Virus record (IMG/VR): IMGVR_UViG_3300035156_000041
Coordinates: 22,315 to 86,314 of that record
DNA from: a virus
DNA length: 64,000 nucleotides
Reading direction: 5' to 3' (one strand)
Below the pieces are notes generated by a model. That model saw nothing but the letters and a program-made list of their open reading frames with translations, was not told where the DNA came from and did not search any database. The translations under genes were made by a program, and so were the position numbers. How positions within the stretch are numbered: position 1 is the stretch's first letter; each line of letters opens with the position of its first letter. Below are positions 1-7,687 of this stretch, piece after piece.

Positions 1-19
1 TGGACCTGGAGGTTGGGTT

Positions 20-247
20 ATGATTGACACTGAAACACTAGTAGAACAAAGCTTTGCTAACACGCCTAACGAAGTGTTAGACTTGGCGAAGAATTACTTC
101 ATGGCACACAAACCGGATGTGTTGATAGAGTATAACCAGTTTGAAGCAATGTTGGCACAGATTAGAGCATATGAAAAGGGTAACGATTTTAAGGCAATTA
201 CTGACGAGGAACTTCTTGCCATGCTTTCCGATAGGAGTGACAAATGA
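20..247 (+). CDS. hypothetical early protein
   Basis: ORF with GGAGGT RBS; overlaps next gene (ATGA). Confidence 0.7.
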   Translation: MIDTETLVEQSFANTPNEVLDLAKNYFMAHKPDVLIEYNQFEAMLAQIRAYEKGNDFKAITDEELLAMLSDRSDK

Positions 248-474
248 TTACAATATCCGTAGTAATAGCTATTAGTGGCTACACAGCATTCTACCTTGCT
301 TCACAGTTTGCGGAGTGGGCAGGTAAGACAGCAGCACGTATGGAGCCTGACGGTGTGATGTTCGGTGCACACTTCTGTGTATCTTTAGTGGCTACTATTG
401 TTGCTGTCATTGGTATACTGTTCGGATGGTTGGTGCTATGCGATATGTTGTTGAGATTGCATTTGTGTCTTTGA
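244..474 (+). CDS. small membrane protein (2 predicted TM)
   Basis: Two hydrophobic stretches; GGAG RBS. Confidence 0.65.
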   Translation: MITISVVIAISGYTAFYLASQFAEWAGKTAARMEPDGVMFGAHFCVSLVATIVAVIGILFGWLVLCDMLLRLHLCL

Positions 475-493
475 CCTTAAGCGAAGAAATTCC

Positions 494-522
494 TTGCCAG
501 GAGGATGATAAGGGGTTATGAT
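494..522 (+). promoter_or_regulatory. sigma70-like promoter
   Basis: TTGCCA-17bp-TATGAT. Confidence 0.6.
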
Positions 523-568
523 GGTTTATAGCGGAGATGTTCCGGGGTTTACTAACAAAGGAACTAAC

Positions 569-760
569 ATGTCAGATGAACAACTTCTAGCCGAACTAAA
601 AGAGCACATTCTACAGCAAGGTTATGAAGCATTCCTAATGTGGGCTGTAGGCAGCGACGACGTAAGGACAGAGTACTGTGCAGCAACAGGATTGTGGCCC
701 TCTGAGGACATTGACAAGTTTATTGAATGGGTGACAGAGAATTACTGGGGAGATGAGTAA
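569..760 (+). CDS. hypothetical early protein
   Basis: AAAGGA RBS before ATG 569 (start moved from 518). Confidence 0.7.
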   Translation: MSDEQLLAELKEHILQQGYEAFLMWAVGSDDVRTEYCAATGLWPSEDIDKFIEWVTENYWGDE

Positions 761-909
761 CACCCTCACGCCATAGCCCCATGCCAGAGGAATGTTAGAG
801 GGGCCGAGCGGGGAATTCTGCAAATAATTGAAAATAGCGCTTGCGATGTGTTCTGTAACGTGAGATGATTACTACATCGAGCAGCACTAACCAAACAGGA
901 GCTTACATC

Positions 910-1212
910 ATGGCAATCAACAAAGAACTGAACATGAAGTTTATCAACGGCAAGCGTTATCGTTTTGAGCCTACCGTTGGCGAACTGGCTGATCTGGCAC
1001 GCGTCCCTTACGTTGATTTGCTGTCGGCTGTGCTGGCCGATACGCTGGCCCCTGAAGTGTTGACAGGTGTGGTAGCTCAGGACAAAGCACGTCACGAAGC
1101 TAAGGAAGATGCTCGTATTGCTGATGTGAAACAGCGCCACGCTGATATCCGTAGCAAAGGCGTTTGTATGGAGCATAACCGCACAGTGTGGCATACGACT
1201 AACAGAGGTTGA
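910..1212 (+). CDS. hypothetical early protein
   Basis: ACAGGAG RBS before ATG 910; followed by a terminator hairpin. Confidence 0.75.
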   Translation: MAINKELNMKFINGKRYRFEPTVGELADLARVPYVDLLSAVLADTLAPEVLTGVVAQDKARHEAKEDARIADVKQRHADIRSKGVCMEHNRTVWHTTNRG

Positions 1213-1217
1213 TAGGT

Positions 1218-1234
1218 GCCTCTTCGGAGGCTTT
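1218..1234 (+). terminator. intrinsic terminator
   Basis: GCCTC-TTCG-GAGGC then TTT. Confidence 0.6.
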
Positions 1235-1276
1235 ACAGGCCCATAACGGCCTTCTAACACATAAGGAGAGTAAGAC

Positions 1277-1495
1277 ATGCCAGACATTACAGAGAACGCT
1301 TGTACAGCCTGTGACGGGCTTGGAGAAGTGCTGGTAAGCTATTCAGCCTATCCAGACGATGAGCCTCCTACGAAGAAATGTACAGAATGCAATGGCACAG
1401 GAGAGGGAGACGTGCAGGAATACGTAATGGGAGCTTGGCGGGATGCTGCGAAGCGTGGGGAAAAGCTGGGAGGATGGATTGTTACGAAGGCTTAG
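1277..1495 (+). CDS. small DnaJ-type zinc-finger protein
   Basis: CTACDGLG and CTECNGTG (CxxCxGxG) motifs; AAGGAG RBS. Confidence 0.75.
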   Translation: MPDITENACTACDGLGEVLVSYSAYPDDEPPTKKCTECNGTGEGDVQEYVMGAWRDAAKRGEKLGGWIVTKA

Positions 1496-1624
1496 ATAGT
1501 GCTTGACAGAGTGTGCTAGATGGGTGATGATGGCTTATCAGCACAGCTTTTTTGTGGTTGACGAAGTAGAGGTATGGGAGAAGAGGTTGCTTTGAAGAAT
1601 GTTCAAAATAAACCTAAATAAAGC

Positions 1625-1652
1625 TTGCACACTCCAAAAATAAGCGTAGAAT
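1625..1652 (+). promoter_or_regulatory. sigma70-like promoter with A-rich UP region
   Basis: TTGCAC-16bp-TAGAAT. Confidence 0.6.
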
Positions 1653-1815
1653 AGAACTTGTTGGAGCAGCACTGCATAAGTTGACAGGAAACGCTGGATC
1701 ATGCCAAGTAGAATCTGCCGGAGTCCCGCAGTGAGATGGATAAAGCGAAACGGTGATAAAGTCGGGCACCAAACAAAGTCGAATGTTCCCAGTGATGCCG
1801 AAACAGATAAAGTAG

Positions 1816-1843
1816 TTGACAGGGTAGGCAAGAGTGGTAAGAT
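1816..1843 (+). promoter_or_regulatory. sigma70-like promoter
   Basis: TTGACA-16bp-TAAGAT with TG extension. Confidence 0.7.
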
Positions 1844-1883
1844 GTAGTCTCAGTACCGAACAACCCACACAAAGGAAAACATC

Positions 1884-2144
1884 ATGGCAATCGCTCAAAT
1901 CAAAGTAGCTCCTTTCCGCACCGTAGTGGCTCGTAAGGAAGTTTTCGGTGGTTATCATGTTCAAGCTCTTTATTGTGCTGCCCGTAGTGCCCCCTTTGAG
2001 TGGATTGGTCATCCTGCTGTGTTTGCTACTAAAGAGCGCGCAGAGGCTTTTATGGCTAAGATAGAAACGGCTCTGGTGGCTAAGAAAGGTTGTCTGAACA
2101 TGCAAGCATGGGGTAACGGAGTAGCAGCCTACGGCGTAATCTGA
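1884..2144 (+). CDS. hypothetical early protein
   Basis: AAAGGA RBS, with its own promoter and terminator. Confidence 0.75.
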   Translation: MAIAQIKVAPFRTVVARKEVFGGYHVQALYCAARSAPFEWIGHPAVFATKERAEAFMAKIETALVAKKGCLNMQAWGNGVAAYGVI

Positions 2145-2148
2145 GAAT

Positions 2149-2171
2149 AAGCCTTTAGGGGCTTTTCTTTT
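2149..2171 (+). terminator. intrinsic terminator
   Basis: AAGCC/GGCTT stem followed by TTCTTTT. Confidence 0.6.
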
Positions 2172-2191
2172 GAGCTAAGCGTAGAGAACAC

Positions 2192-2219
2192 TTGCATTGT
2201 GTGGCAGGTGTGCTATTAT
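2192..2219 (+). promoter_or_regulatory. sigma70-like promoter
   Basis: TTGCAT-16bp-TATTAT, extended TG. Confidence 0.6.
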
Positions 2220-2256
2220 GTACTCAGTACCCCGACAAACCTAACAAAAGAAAATC

Positions 2257-2505
2257 ATGTTCAACGCTACCGCTGCTAAATACCTTCGCTGGATTGCTAC
2301 ACAGAACGGCAGCATGGTGCAAGTGTTTGCGGCTAATGCTGAAGGTGGTTTCCTGAGCGTAGCTACTAAGCACTACGCTAACGACACTATCACGGCAGAG
2401 GGTGTCAGTAAGGAAGAGGCAGTATGCGAAGCTTTAATTCAAGCTGGCCTGACGTTTGATGAATCCTTCGATCTGGCATTGTCGGCTAAGGTGGAGTGGC
2501 AGTAA
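2257..2505 (+). CDS. hypothetical early protein
   Basis: ORF directly downstream of promoter, phage-like codon use. Confidence 0.7.
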   Translation: MFNATAAKYLRWIATQNGSMVQVFAANAEGGFLSVATKHYANDTITAEGVSKEEAVCEALIQAGLTFDESFDLALSAKVEWQ

Positions 2506-2540
2506 GCACAGCCCGGGAGGGCTACTAACAAGGGGATTGC

Positions 2541-2726
2541 ATGCACAGCGTGACATTGATAGATGAAGAAAACGACGTAATAGCACTTGCACGTAAGCTT
2601 GATTGCATAGATGAGCTATGTTCTTTAGAGGACTACCACCCTGACTATGGTAAAGTGGTTCCATACTGGAAGCCTAGATGGTTCGCGTTAGCACTGTTCA
2701 AAGAGCTAAAGAGTAACAACACATAG
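2541..2726 (+). CDS. hypothetical protein
   Basis: AAGGGG RBS; followed by terminator. Confidence 0.6.
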   Translation: MHSVTLIDEENDVIALARKLDCIDELCSLEDYHPDYGKVVPYWKPRWFALALFKELKSNNT

Positions 2727-2735
2727 CAATACCAT

Positions 2736-2762
2736 AGAGCGCCCTTAGAGGCGCTTTTATTA
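2736..2762 (+). terminator. intrinsic terminator ending the early cluster
   Basis: AGAGCGCC-cttaga-GGCGCTTT then T-rich. Confidence 0.7.
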
Positions 2763-2789
2763 TATCTGTTACACATATACCAAATCCGC

Positions 2790-3240
2790 TGCACGATGGC
2801 CCTGTAGGGCTGCTATGGTTCGCCTATGAGGCCGTCTGTATGGTACTGCTACAGGGTGGGCTGTATAGGGCACAGTGCAAGGGGTCGCAGTAGGCTATCA
2901 CCTGTGTGTGTAAGCCTGTGGATAATTATGCATAAGTACACCTGCTATGGTATGTAGTACACTATTGTATAGCGTGCTATCTATTAAGTAACAATCGATG
3001 CCTTCTTTCTTAGTTCACTATAATGGAATGCTGTGCAGTATAGTGGATAGTATTACTCCGTAGCAACCCCTATCAGTACCATCTAGCGATGTCTCCCAAG
3101 CAACCTTTCTTAGCAGTAATAGTGTGGAATAGTTGCTTGTGGGGCAATGAAAGGTGCTAGTGTGACAATGAATAGACACGTAGCAGCCACCTAGCAGCGC
3201 CATCGAGTAATACCCTACAACAGGCTGAGAGCTAGTATCC
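2790..3240. repeat. non-coding array of degenerate short repeats in inverted arrangement (candidate terminus, pac site or origin)
   Basis: TGCTA at 2811, 2847, 2943, 2975 and TAGCA at 3061, 3111, 3181, 3192; ATGGTACTG 2840 / CAGTACCAT 3074; no credible ORF. Confidence 0.45.
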
Positions 3241-3534
3241 ATGCGGGTTACAGCCTGGTAGGGCCATAGGCAGTCATGCGCCAGGGTGATAACGATATCT
3301 CTTAAGTGCCATCTCTGATCCGAATGACGGTGAGATTCGACCAGGCGTTAAAAAGCCCTAGGAGGCCGTAGGAGCGTCGAAGGGCTTAGAAGGTAGGGTG
3401 ATGAGGGAAGGCTTGTGATTGTTCAATGGCGCTATATTTTAACGCAGGAAATGGGGGTGTTTTGTACCTTTTATCCAGTGTTTAACTATGCAGGCGTGTA
3501 TTAGCAAAACTGAGAAAGTAAACACCTAAATATG

Positions 3535-4701
3535 TTAGCTAGGTTCCCAGTGGATAAGTGCATCATAAGCCTTGTCGGAAATAAAATTTTCATAAGATTT
3601 TGCAAGTTTTTTAACATAGTCCATACGATATTTCTTGTAAGCAAACTGTGCGTCTCCCTTGGTCGGGTATGTCCCTAAAAAAATTGGAAGATTTTCTGCT
3701 TGAAATTTCACATCAAACCCTTGACTAGTCTTGCGAACCACTGTAGAGTCACCTTTATTGATGATGGCATAGTTGATTACGTTAGGTACAAACACACAAG
3801 ACTCAGCACAGTAGATTTTGCAGTTTGGGGAGAGTAAATCCTTCTCCAGTACGTAACCCATACCCCAACCGGGTTGCTGTACAGCCCAGTCGCAGAACTT
3901 TTGAGCATCTGAAAACTCATCTGAGATAGTCACACCGTTATATGTATTGTGAAACTTCTGAAAGCTGCCGTCTTTCTTAGCACGTTGAGTCACGTTGTTA
4001 TGGAGCTTACCAAGCCGAGTCTGGATGAACTTATCTCCCATCTGGAATCTTAACACCCAGTTACCTTGACGATCCTTGAAATCAATATGCAAGACATTCT
4101 TACTTACTACAATATCTTCTGGAGAGAACTCCATAAGAGCGGCTGAGGCATTGTCCAAGCAAGCTTTAGTGTACTGCTCACGCGACTCTTTAAAAGCTTC
4201 CCTAGAGGCAGCTAAGGCAGCCTTACGAGCCTCAAGACCTTCTCGGTACTCCTTCATTGCCTTGGCCCTAGCCTCACGCTTGATACGAAACTTAGTCTGC
4301 TCTGCCTCGAACTTATCCTTTGCAATTTTATCAATACGTTTCCGCTCTGTCCGCTCGGTGTCCTTAATAGCTTTGTCTGTTACATAGCCACACAGTGCAG
4401 CATCTTTTTGGACAGTTGTAATATTTCCAGTGTCTTCAAAAATAATACTGACAGCCTTATTGTTCTTACATTCTAAAATTTTAAAATTTCCGTAGGCGCT
4501 GGAACGCAGCGTCTCCCCTACAGAAAGTTCTCGACGTGCGCTTACGTTGCCACTTAGGAAGGCATTACCTGAGACAGTTTTAGTGTCGCCTGTATCCTCA
4601 AATTTTACGAGCAGCCTACCTCCACGATCACCTTTGTGAACTTCTAACACTTCCATCCAACCACAGTTTACACCCTCACTACGTTGTCCAATGGTAATCA
4701 T
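3535..4701 (-). CDS. HNH-like/AP2 homing-endonuclease-type protein with N-terminal repeats and coiled coil
   Basis: Two xFEDTG repeats; EF..QKFCDW..LEKDLL..KIY..SCVFVP..IN nuclease motif; AP2-like LGTY..A..AY at the C-terminus. Confidence 0.75.
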   Translation of the reverse strand: MITIGQRSEGVNCGWMEVLEVHKGDRGGRLLVKFEDTGDTKTVSGNAFLSGNVSARRELSVGETLRSSAYGNFKILECKNNKAVSIIFEDTGNITTVQKDAALCGYVTDKAIKDTERTERKRIDKIAKDKFEAEQTKFRIKREARAKAMKEYREGLEARKAALAASREAFKESREQYTKACLDNASAALMEFSPEDIVVSKNVLHIDFKDRQGNWVLRFQMGDKFIQTRLGKLHNNVTQRAKKDGSFQKFHNTYNGVTISDEFSDAQKFCDWAVQQPGWGMGYVLEKDLLSPNCKIYCAESCVFVPNVINYAIINKGDSTVVRKTSQGFDVKFQAENLPIFLGTYPTKGDAQFAYKKYRMDYVKKLAKSYENFISDKAYDALIHWEPS

Positions 4702-4731
4702 GTTCTCTCCAGTTAAGTTATCTACTCTTTC

Positions 4732-4760
4732 AGTATACCACTAAACGTTCTGTTTGTCAA
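4732..4760 (-). promoter_or_regulatory. sigma70 promoter for the HNH-like gene
   Basis: TTGACA-17bp-TATACT on the minus strand. Confidence 0.75.
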
Positions 4761-4838
4761 GTGTTATCTAGCTTATCCTAACACTTAAATATATCTCACA
4801 AACCTGTTGACACTTCTGAGACGGACATGTAAGATGTC
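4759..4838. promoter_or_regulatory. putative res-like recombination/autoregulatory site overlapping the resolvase promoter
   Basis: IRs AAGTGTTA/TAACACTT (4759-4786), TCTCA/TGAGA (4794-4821) and GACAT/ATGTC (4824-4838); promoter TTGACA(4807)-17-TAAGAT(4830). Confidence 0.5.
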
Positions 4839-4864
4839 TATATCGAATCCAACAGGAGCAACAG

Positions 4865-5512
4865 ATGTCTAAAGTATTCGGCTACATGAGGGTTAGCCAG
4901 TCGTCCCAGACGGTAGAGAACCAGAAGATTGAACTCCTTGCCAGCCACATGACAATCACTGAGTGGTATGCAGATGAAGGCGTTAGTGGAAGCATCCCTC
5001 AAATGGAACGTAAGGGCTTTAGCGAGATGCGCCAAGCCATGTCAGAGGGCGACACACTGGTAGTAGCGAAGCTCGACAGATTGGGCCGTAACGCCTACGA
5101 TGTAATGGGCACAGTGAATCACTTAAAGGAAGACGGCATCAAGATTGTTGTGCTCCAGCTTGGGCAGATGGACGTAACCTCCCCCGCAGGTAAGATGATG
5201 TTGACAATGCTTGCGGCTGTCGCTGAGATGGAGATGGACGTTCTGAAAGAGCGCATCCACGCAGGGCTGATCCGTGCTAAATCTGAAGGTGTTATTATGG
5301 GCGCTCCAAACAAGATTGACCCTGAGACGTTACAAGCAATGTGTAGTGACAAAGCATGTGGAGCCACACTAGACCAGATAGCTGCAAAGTATGACGTAGC
5401 TCGTGCCACAGCAGCACGTACCATCAGCCGTTGGAAGGACAACATCGAAGGCTACACATTCGAGTTCCATAGCAAGGCTCGGTACACTGAAAAGAAACGT
5501 GCAGCACAATGA
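4865..5512 (+). CDS. small serine recombinase (resolvase/invertase family)
   Basis: GYMRVS (catalytic Ser), DEGVSGS, GDTLVVAKLDRLGRN, ERIHAGL..A, C-terminal HTH. Confidence 0.95.
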   Translation: MSKVFGYMRVSQSSQTVENQKIELLASHMTITEWYADEGVSGSIPQMERKGFSEMRQAMSEGDTLVVAKLDRLGRNAYDVMGTVNHLKEDGIKIVVLQLGQMDVTSPAGKMMLTMLAAVAEMEMDVLKERIHAGLIRAKSEGVIMGAPNKIDPETLQAMCSDKACGATLDQIAAKYDVARATAARTISRWKDNIEGYTFEFHSKARYTEKKRAAQ

Positions 5513-5513
5513 G

Positions 5514-5535
5514 AAAAGCCCGCTTGCGCGGGCCT
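5514..5535. terminator. terminator between convergent genes
   Basis: AAAA-GCCCGC-ttgc-GCGGGC. Confidence 0.65.
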
Positions 5536-5537
5536 AT

Positions 5538-6053
5538 TCACGTGTACAACTGTGCCAATATTTCTTCCCTAGTATGCGTAACATCTTTACCATCCTCGTG
5601 ACGCTGTAAAAATCCTTTGGGCAATGTAATCGTACAATCAACACCAAGTTTGACAGCAGCCCACCCTCCAGAAATATCCACACCTGTCTGTCCACCACTG
5701 ATAATCTTTGAGATTGGATAATGTTTATGCACCAATCCCAGCATGGAGTAGACATACCAATTAATCTTGTCTTGATTGCAGCCATGCTTAACAACGGTAT
5801 TTATACCGTTACCAGCGACGTTGATTACAGGATTCTCAATTTTGTGGACAACCCGCCACAGATTTCTGGCGTTGACAATTTCAGAGTCCTGAAGGTCTAG
5901 CTTCAAATATTTATCACCAGCCGCTTTGTGCGTCAGCCTCTCCCCAGCAGTATTGTAATCCACAGCAAGCGCAATGGTGACATCAGCGTCGGCTGCATTA
6001 GCCCAAGTACGAGGCGCATAGCTGGAGCTACTATGTTCTAGAATCTCAATCAT
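5538..6053 (-). CDS. SLOG-superfamily (YpsA/'molybdenum carrier'-like) protein, permuted motif order
   Basis: YAPRT..N, NVAGN, ISGGQTGVD and PKGF motifs. Confidence 0.75.
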   Translation of the reverse strand: MIEILEHSSSSYAPRTWANAADADVTIALAVDYNTAGERLTHKAAGDKYLKLDLQDSEIVNARNLWRVVHKIENPVINVAGNGINTVVKHGCNQDKINWYVYSMLGLVHKHYPISKIISGGQTGVDISGGWAAVKLGVDCTITLPKGFLQRHEDGKDVTHTREEILAQLYT

Positions 6054-6259
6054 TTATCTTCCTTCTCAGTCAGCCACCTAAACCCACCACTATCCATAAA
6101 CTCCTTCCAAGACTGCTCAGCACGAGCTTCCTCAGCTTTCCTCAAAGGGTTGTTATCCATGTCACCTTGTAAGCCTCTGGCCCTCATCTCACAAGGGCAG
6201 TAAGGCTCTCCGTACATTGATCCCATACAGGCACATGCGTATGTCATTTCAGTCTCCAT
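6050..6259 (-). CDS. small Cys-rich protein
   Basis: CACMG..GEPYCPCEM motif; overlaps neighbours. Confidence 0.7.
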   Translation of the reverse strand: METEMTYACACMGSMYGEPYCPCEMRARGLQGDMDNNPLRKAEEARAEQSWKEFMDSGGFRWLTEKEDK

Positions 6260-6458
6260 AACATGTCAAGTCTTCCTCGAAAGCCTGTTCTGGCGTATGC
6301 CCAACATGGTAATAATTCTTCCAGTGCTCTCTGTCCAAAGTACCCATCTCTGTAATCTCCAGAAACTTATTCTTGAACATGTGAAAATAAACTTGCATCA
6401 TCCACGAGTCAAACATTGTAAGGCCCACTGTAGGGAAATCCTCGTTATCGTCAATCAT
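6249..6458 (-). CDS. hypothetical protein
   Basis: GGAGG RBS before ATG 6458. Confidence 0.65.
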   Translation of the reverse strand: MIDDNEDFPTVGLTMFDSWMMQVYFHMFKNKFLEITEMGTLDREHWKNYYHVGHTPEQAFEEDLTCYGD

Positions 6459-6616
6459 TGATCCTCCCCTTTCCACTCACCAACATGGCATAGCCAATCC
6501 TTCATAACCTTGTATTCAAGATAACAAGGAACATTACAACGTGTGCTAAAATAATGCCGAAGCTCATTAAAGAGTTGTTGGCGCTCTAGCTCCTCCACTG
6601 ATTTAGGCTCTTTCAT
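6455..6616 (-). CDS. hypothetical 53-aa protein (not in ORF track)
   Basis: GGAGG RBS; MKEPKSVEELERQ...; translationally coupled to both neighbours. Confidence 0.55.
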   Translation of the reverse strand: MKEPKSVEELERQQLFNELRHYFSTRCNVPCYLEYKVMKDWLCHVGEWKGEDQ

Positions 6617-6768
6617 CACAGCCTCCAAGTATTGTCAACATCTGGCACAAATGTCATAGCTACTGTTAATCCTCCTATATTTTGTTCACGGTAACGCACG
6701 AGCCAGCCTCCAGGTACTCGTGTACGTTCTGTGCAATTGTCAATATGTTGCCAAATTAGTGTGCTCAT
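6616..6768 (-). CDS. 50-aa small phage protein (not in ORF track)
   Basis: MSTLIWQHIDNCTERTRVPGGWLV...TFVPD..W; coupled overlaps. Confidence 0.6.
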   Translation of the reverse strand: MSTLIWQHIDNCTERTRVPGGWLVRYREQNIGGLTVAMTFVPDVDNTWRL

Positions 6769-6917
6769 TGTGAAGCCTTAATAGTGTAGTAAATCATTGT
6801 AGCTACAAGTATTCCTGAAATAGCTAAAAAGATGTGAGGGGTTAAAAATAAGATTGGCATGACAACTGTTCCAACAAGCCCGTAGGGTGTCACGCGCCAG
6901 CGATAACATCTGCACAT
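6765..6917 (-). CDS. 50-aa membrane peptide (not in ORF track)
   Basis: GGAGGT RBS, hydrophobic, ATGA overlap. Confidence 0.5.
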   Translation of the reverse strand: MCRCYRWRVTPYGLVGTVVMPILFLTPHIFLAISGILVATMIYYTIKASQ

Positions 6918-6971
6918 ACAACCTCCAATTAGTAAAGCCCACAAGCCTTGTGAGCTAATGGGCTTAGTGTA

Positions 6972-7679
6972 TTACTCTTGTGGAGCCTTGTCAACTGCTT
7001 TAACAGCAGGTTTGCTAACTTTCTTAGCAGCGGGTTTACGAGCTTTCTTGACAGGCTTAGGGTTTTGCAGTTCTTCCATCTTAGCGGCCAGCCAGTCGTT
7101 GCGCTGCTCATGACGGTCAATCCAGTCATTCGCCGTCAACCATACATCCTGTCCCTTGATAAGACCTTCAATCTCGTCAGTGCTCAAAAAACCGGCATAA
7201 GTACGACGCACCCAATCTGGCATAAACTTGTTATAGAACTGCGTCGATGCTGCAAATTCGTTGTACGCGCCGCCTGTACCAAGGCTACCAGAGTGAATCA
7301 AGGAATTAAATCCTTCTGACAACTCAAACGACAGAGAGTTGAGCAGGATAGCACTAGCAGCGGATGAACAGTTGCCCGTAGCTACAGTGTGGATGTGTGC
7401 CTTGCAGCCAATCATAGCGTGGATAAAAGCGTCCGTAGCGTCCATGTTGCCACCAGGGGACTGCAAACGAATTTCAATCTCGTCATCCTCGCCAGCCATG
7501 TTCATAGCCTGGATAGCGTATTCAAACTGGCTAACATCTTCAATCTGACGATTCAAGTTAATGATGTATGTGCCAGAACGACTTGGCAGGTAGGAAACAT
7601 CGAAGGGTCCGCAAGCATCGTCATCACGGCGGGACGCTTTAGGTTCGGTTTGGGAAGAGATTTTTGGTGAATTAAACAT
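6972..7679 (-). CDS. ClpP-like (S14) protease with Lys/Ala/Pro-rich tail
   Basis: LQSPGG, CSSAASAIL (catalytic Ser), LIHS (His), DVWLTA; AAGGA RBS before ATG 7679. Confidence 0.85.
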   Translation of the reverse strand: MFNSPKISSQTEPKASRRDDDACGPFDVSYLPSRSGTYIINLNRQIEDVSQFEYAIQAMNMAGEDDEIEIRLQSPGGNMDATDAFIHAMIGCKAHIHTVATGNCSSAASAILLNSLSFELSEGFNSLIHSGSLGTGGAYNEFAASTQFYNKFMPDWVRRTYAGFLSTDEIEGLIKGQDVWLTANDWIDRHEQRNDWLAAKMEELQNPKPVKKARKPAAKKVSKPAVKAVDKAPQE

Positions 7680-7687
7680 GTTGTTCC

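Noticed and set aside
2790-3240. CRISPR array
   Set aside because: Repeats are short and degenerate with no constant repeat-spacer period
3018-3242. 74-aa minus-strand ORF in the non-coding region
   Set aside because: No RBS and atypical composition; overlaps the repeat array
4865-5512. Integrase indicating a temperate lifestyle, or an IS607 element
   Set aside because: Only 215 aa with a C-terminal HTH; no large recombinase domain, N-terminal HTH, TnpB or repressor seen
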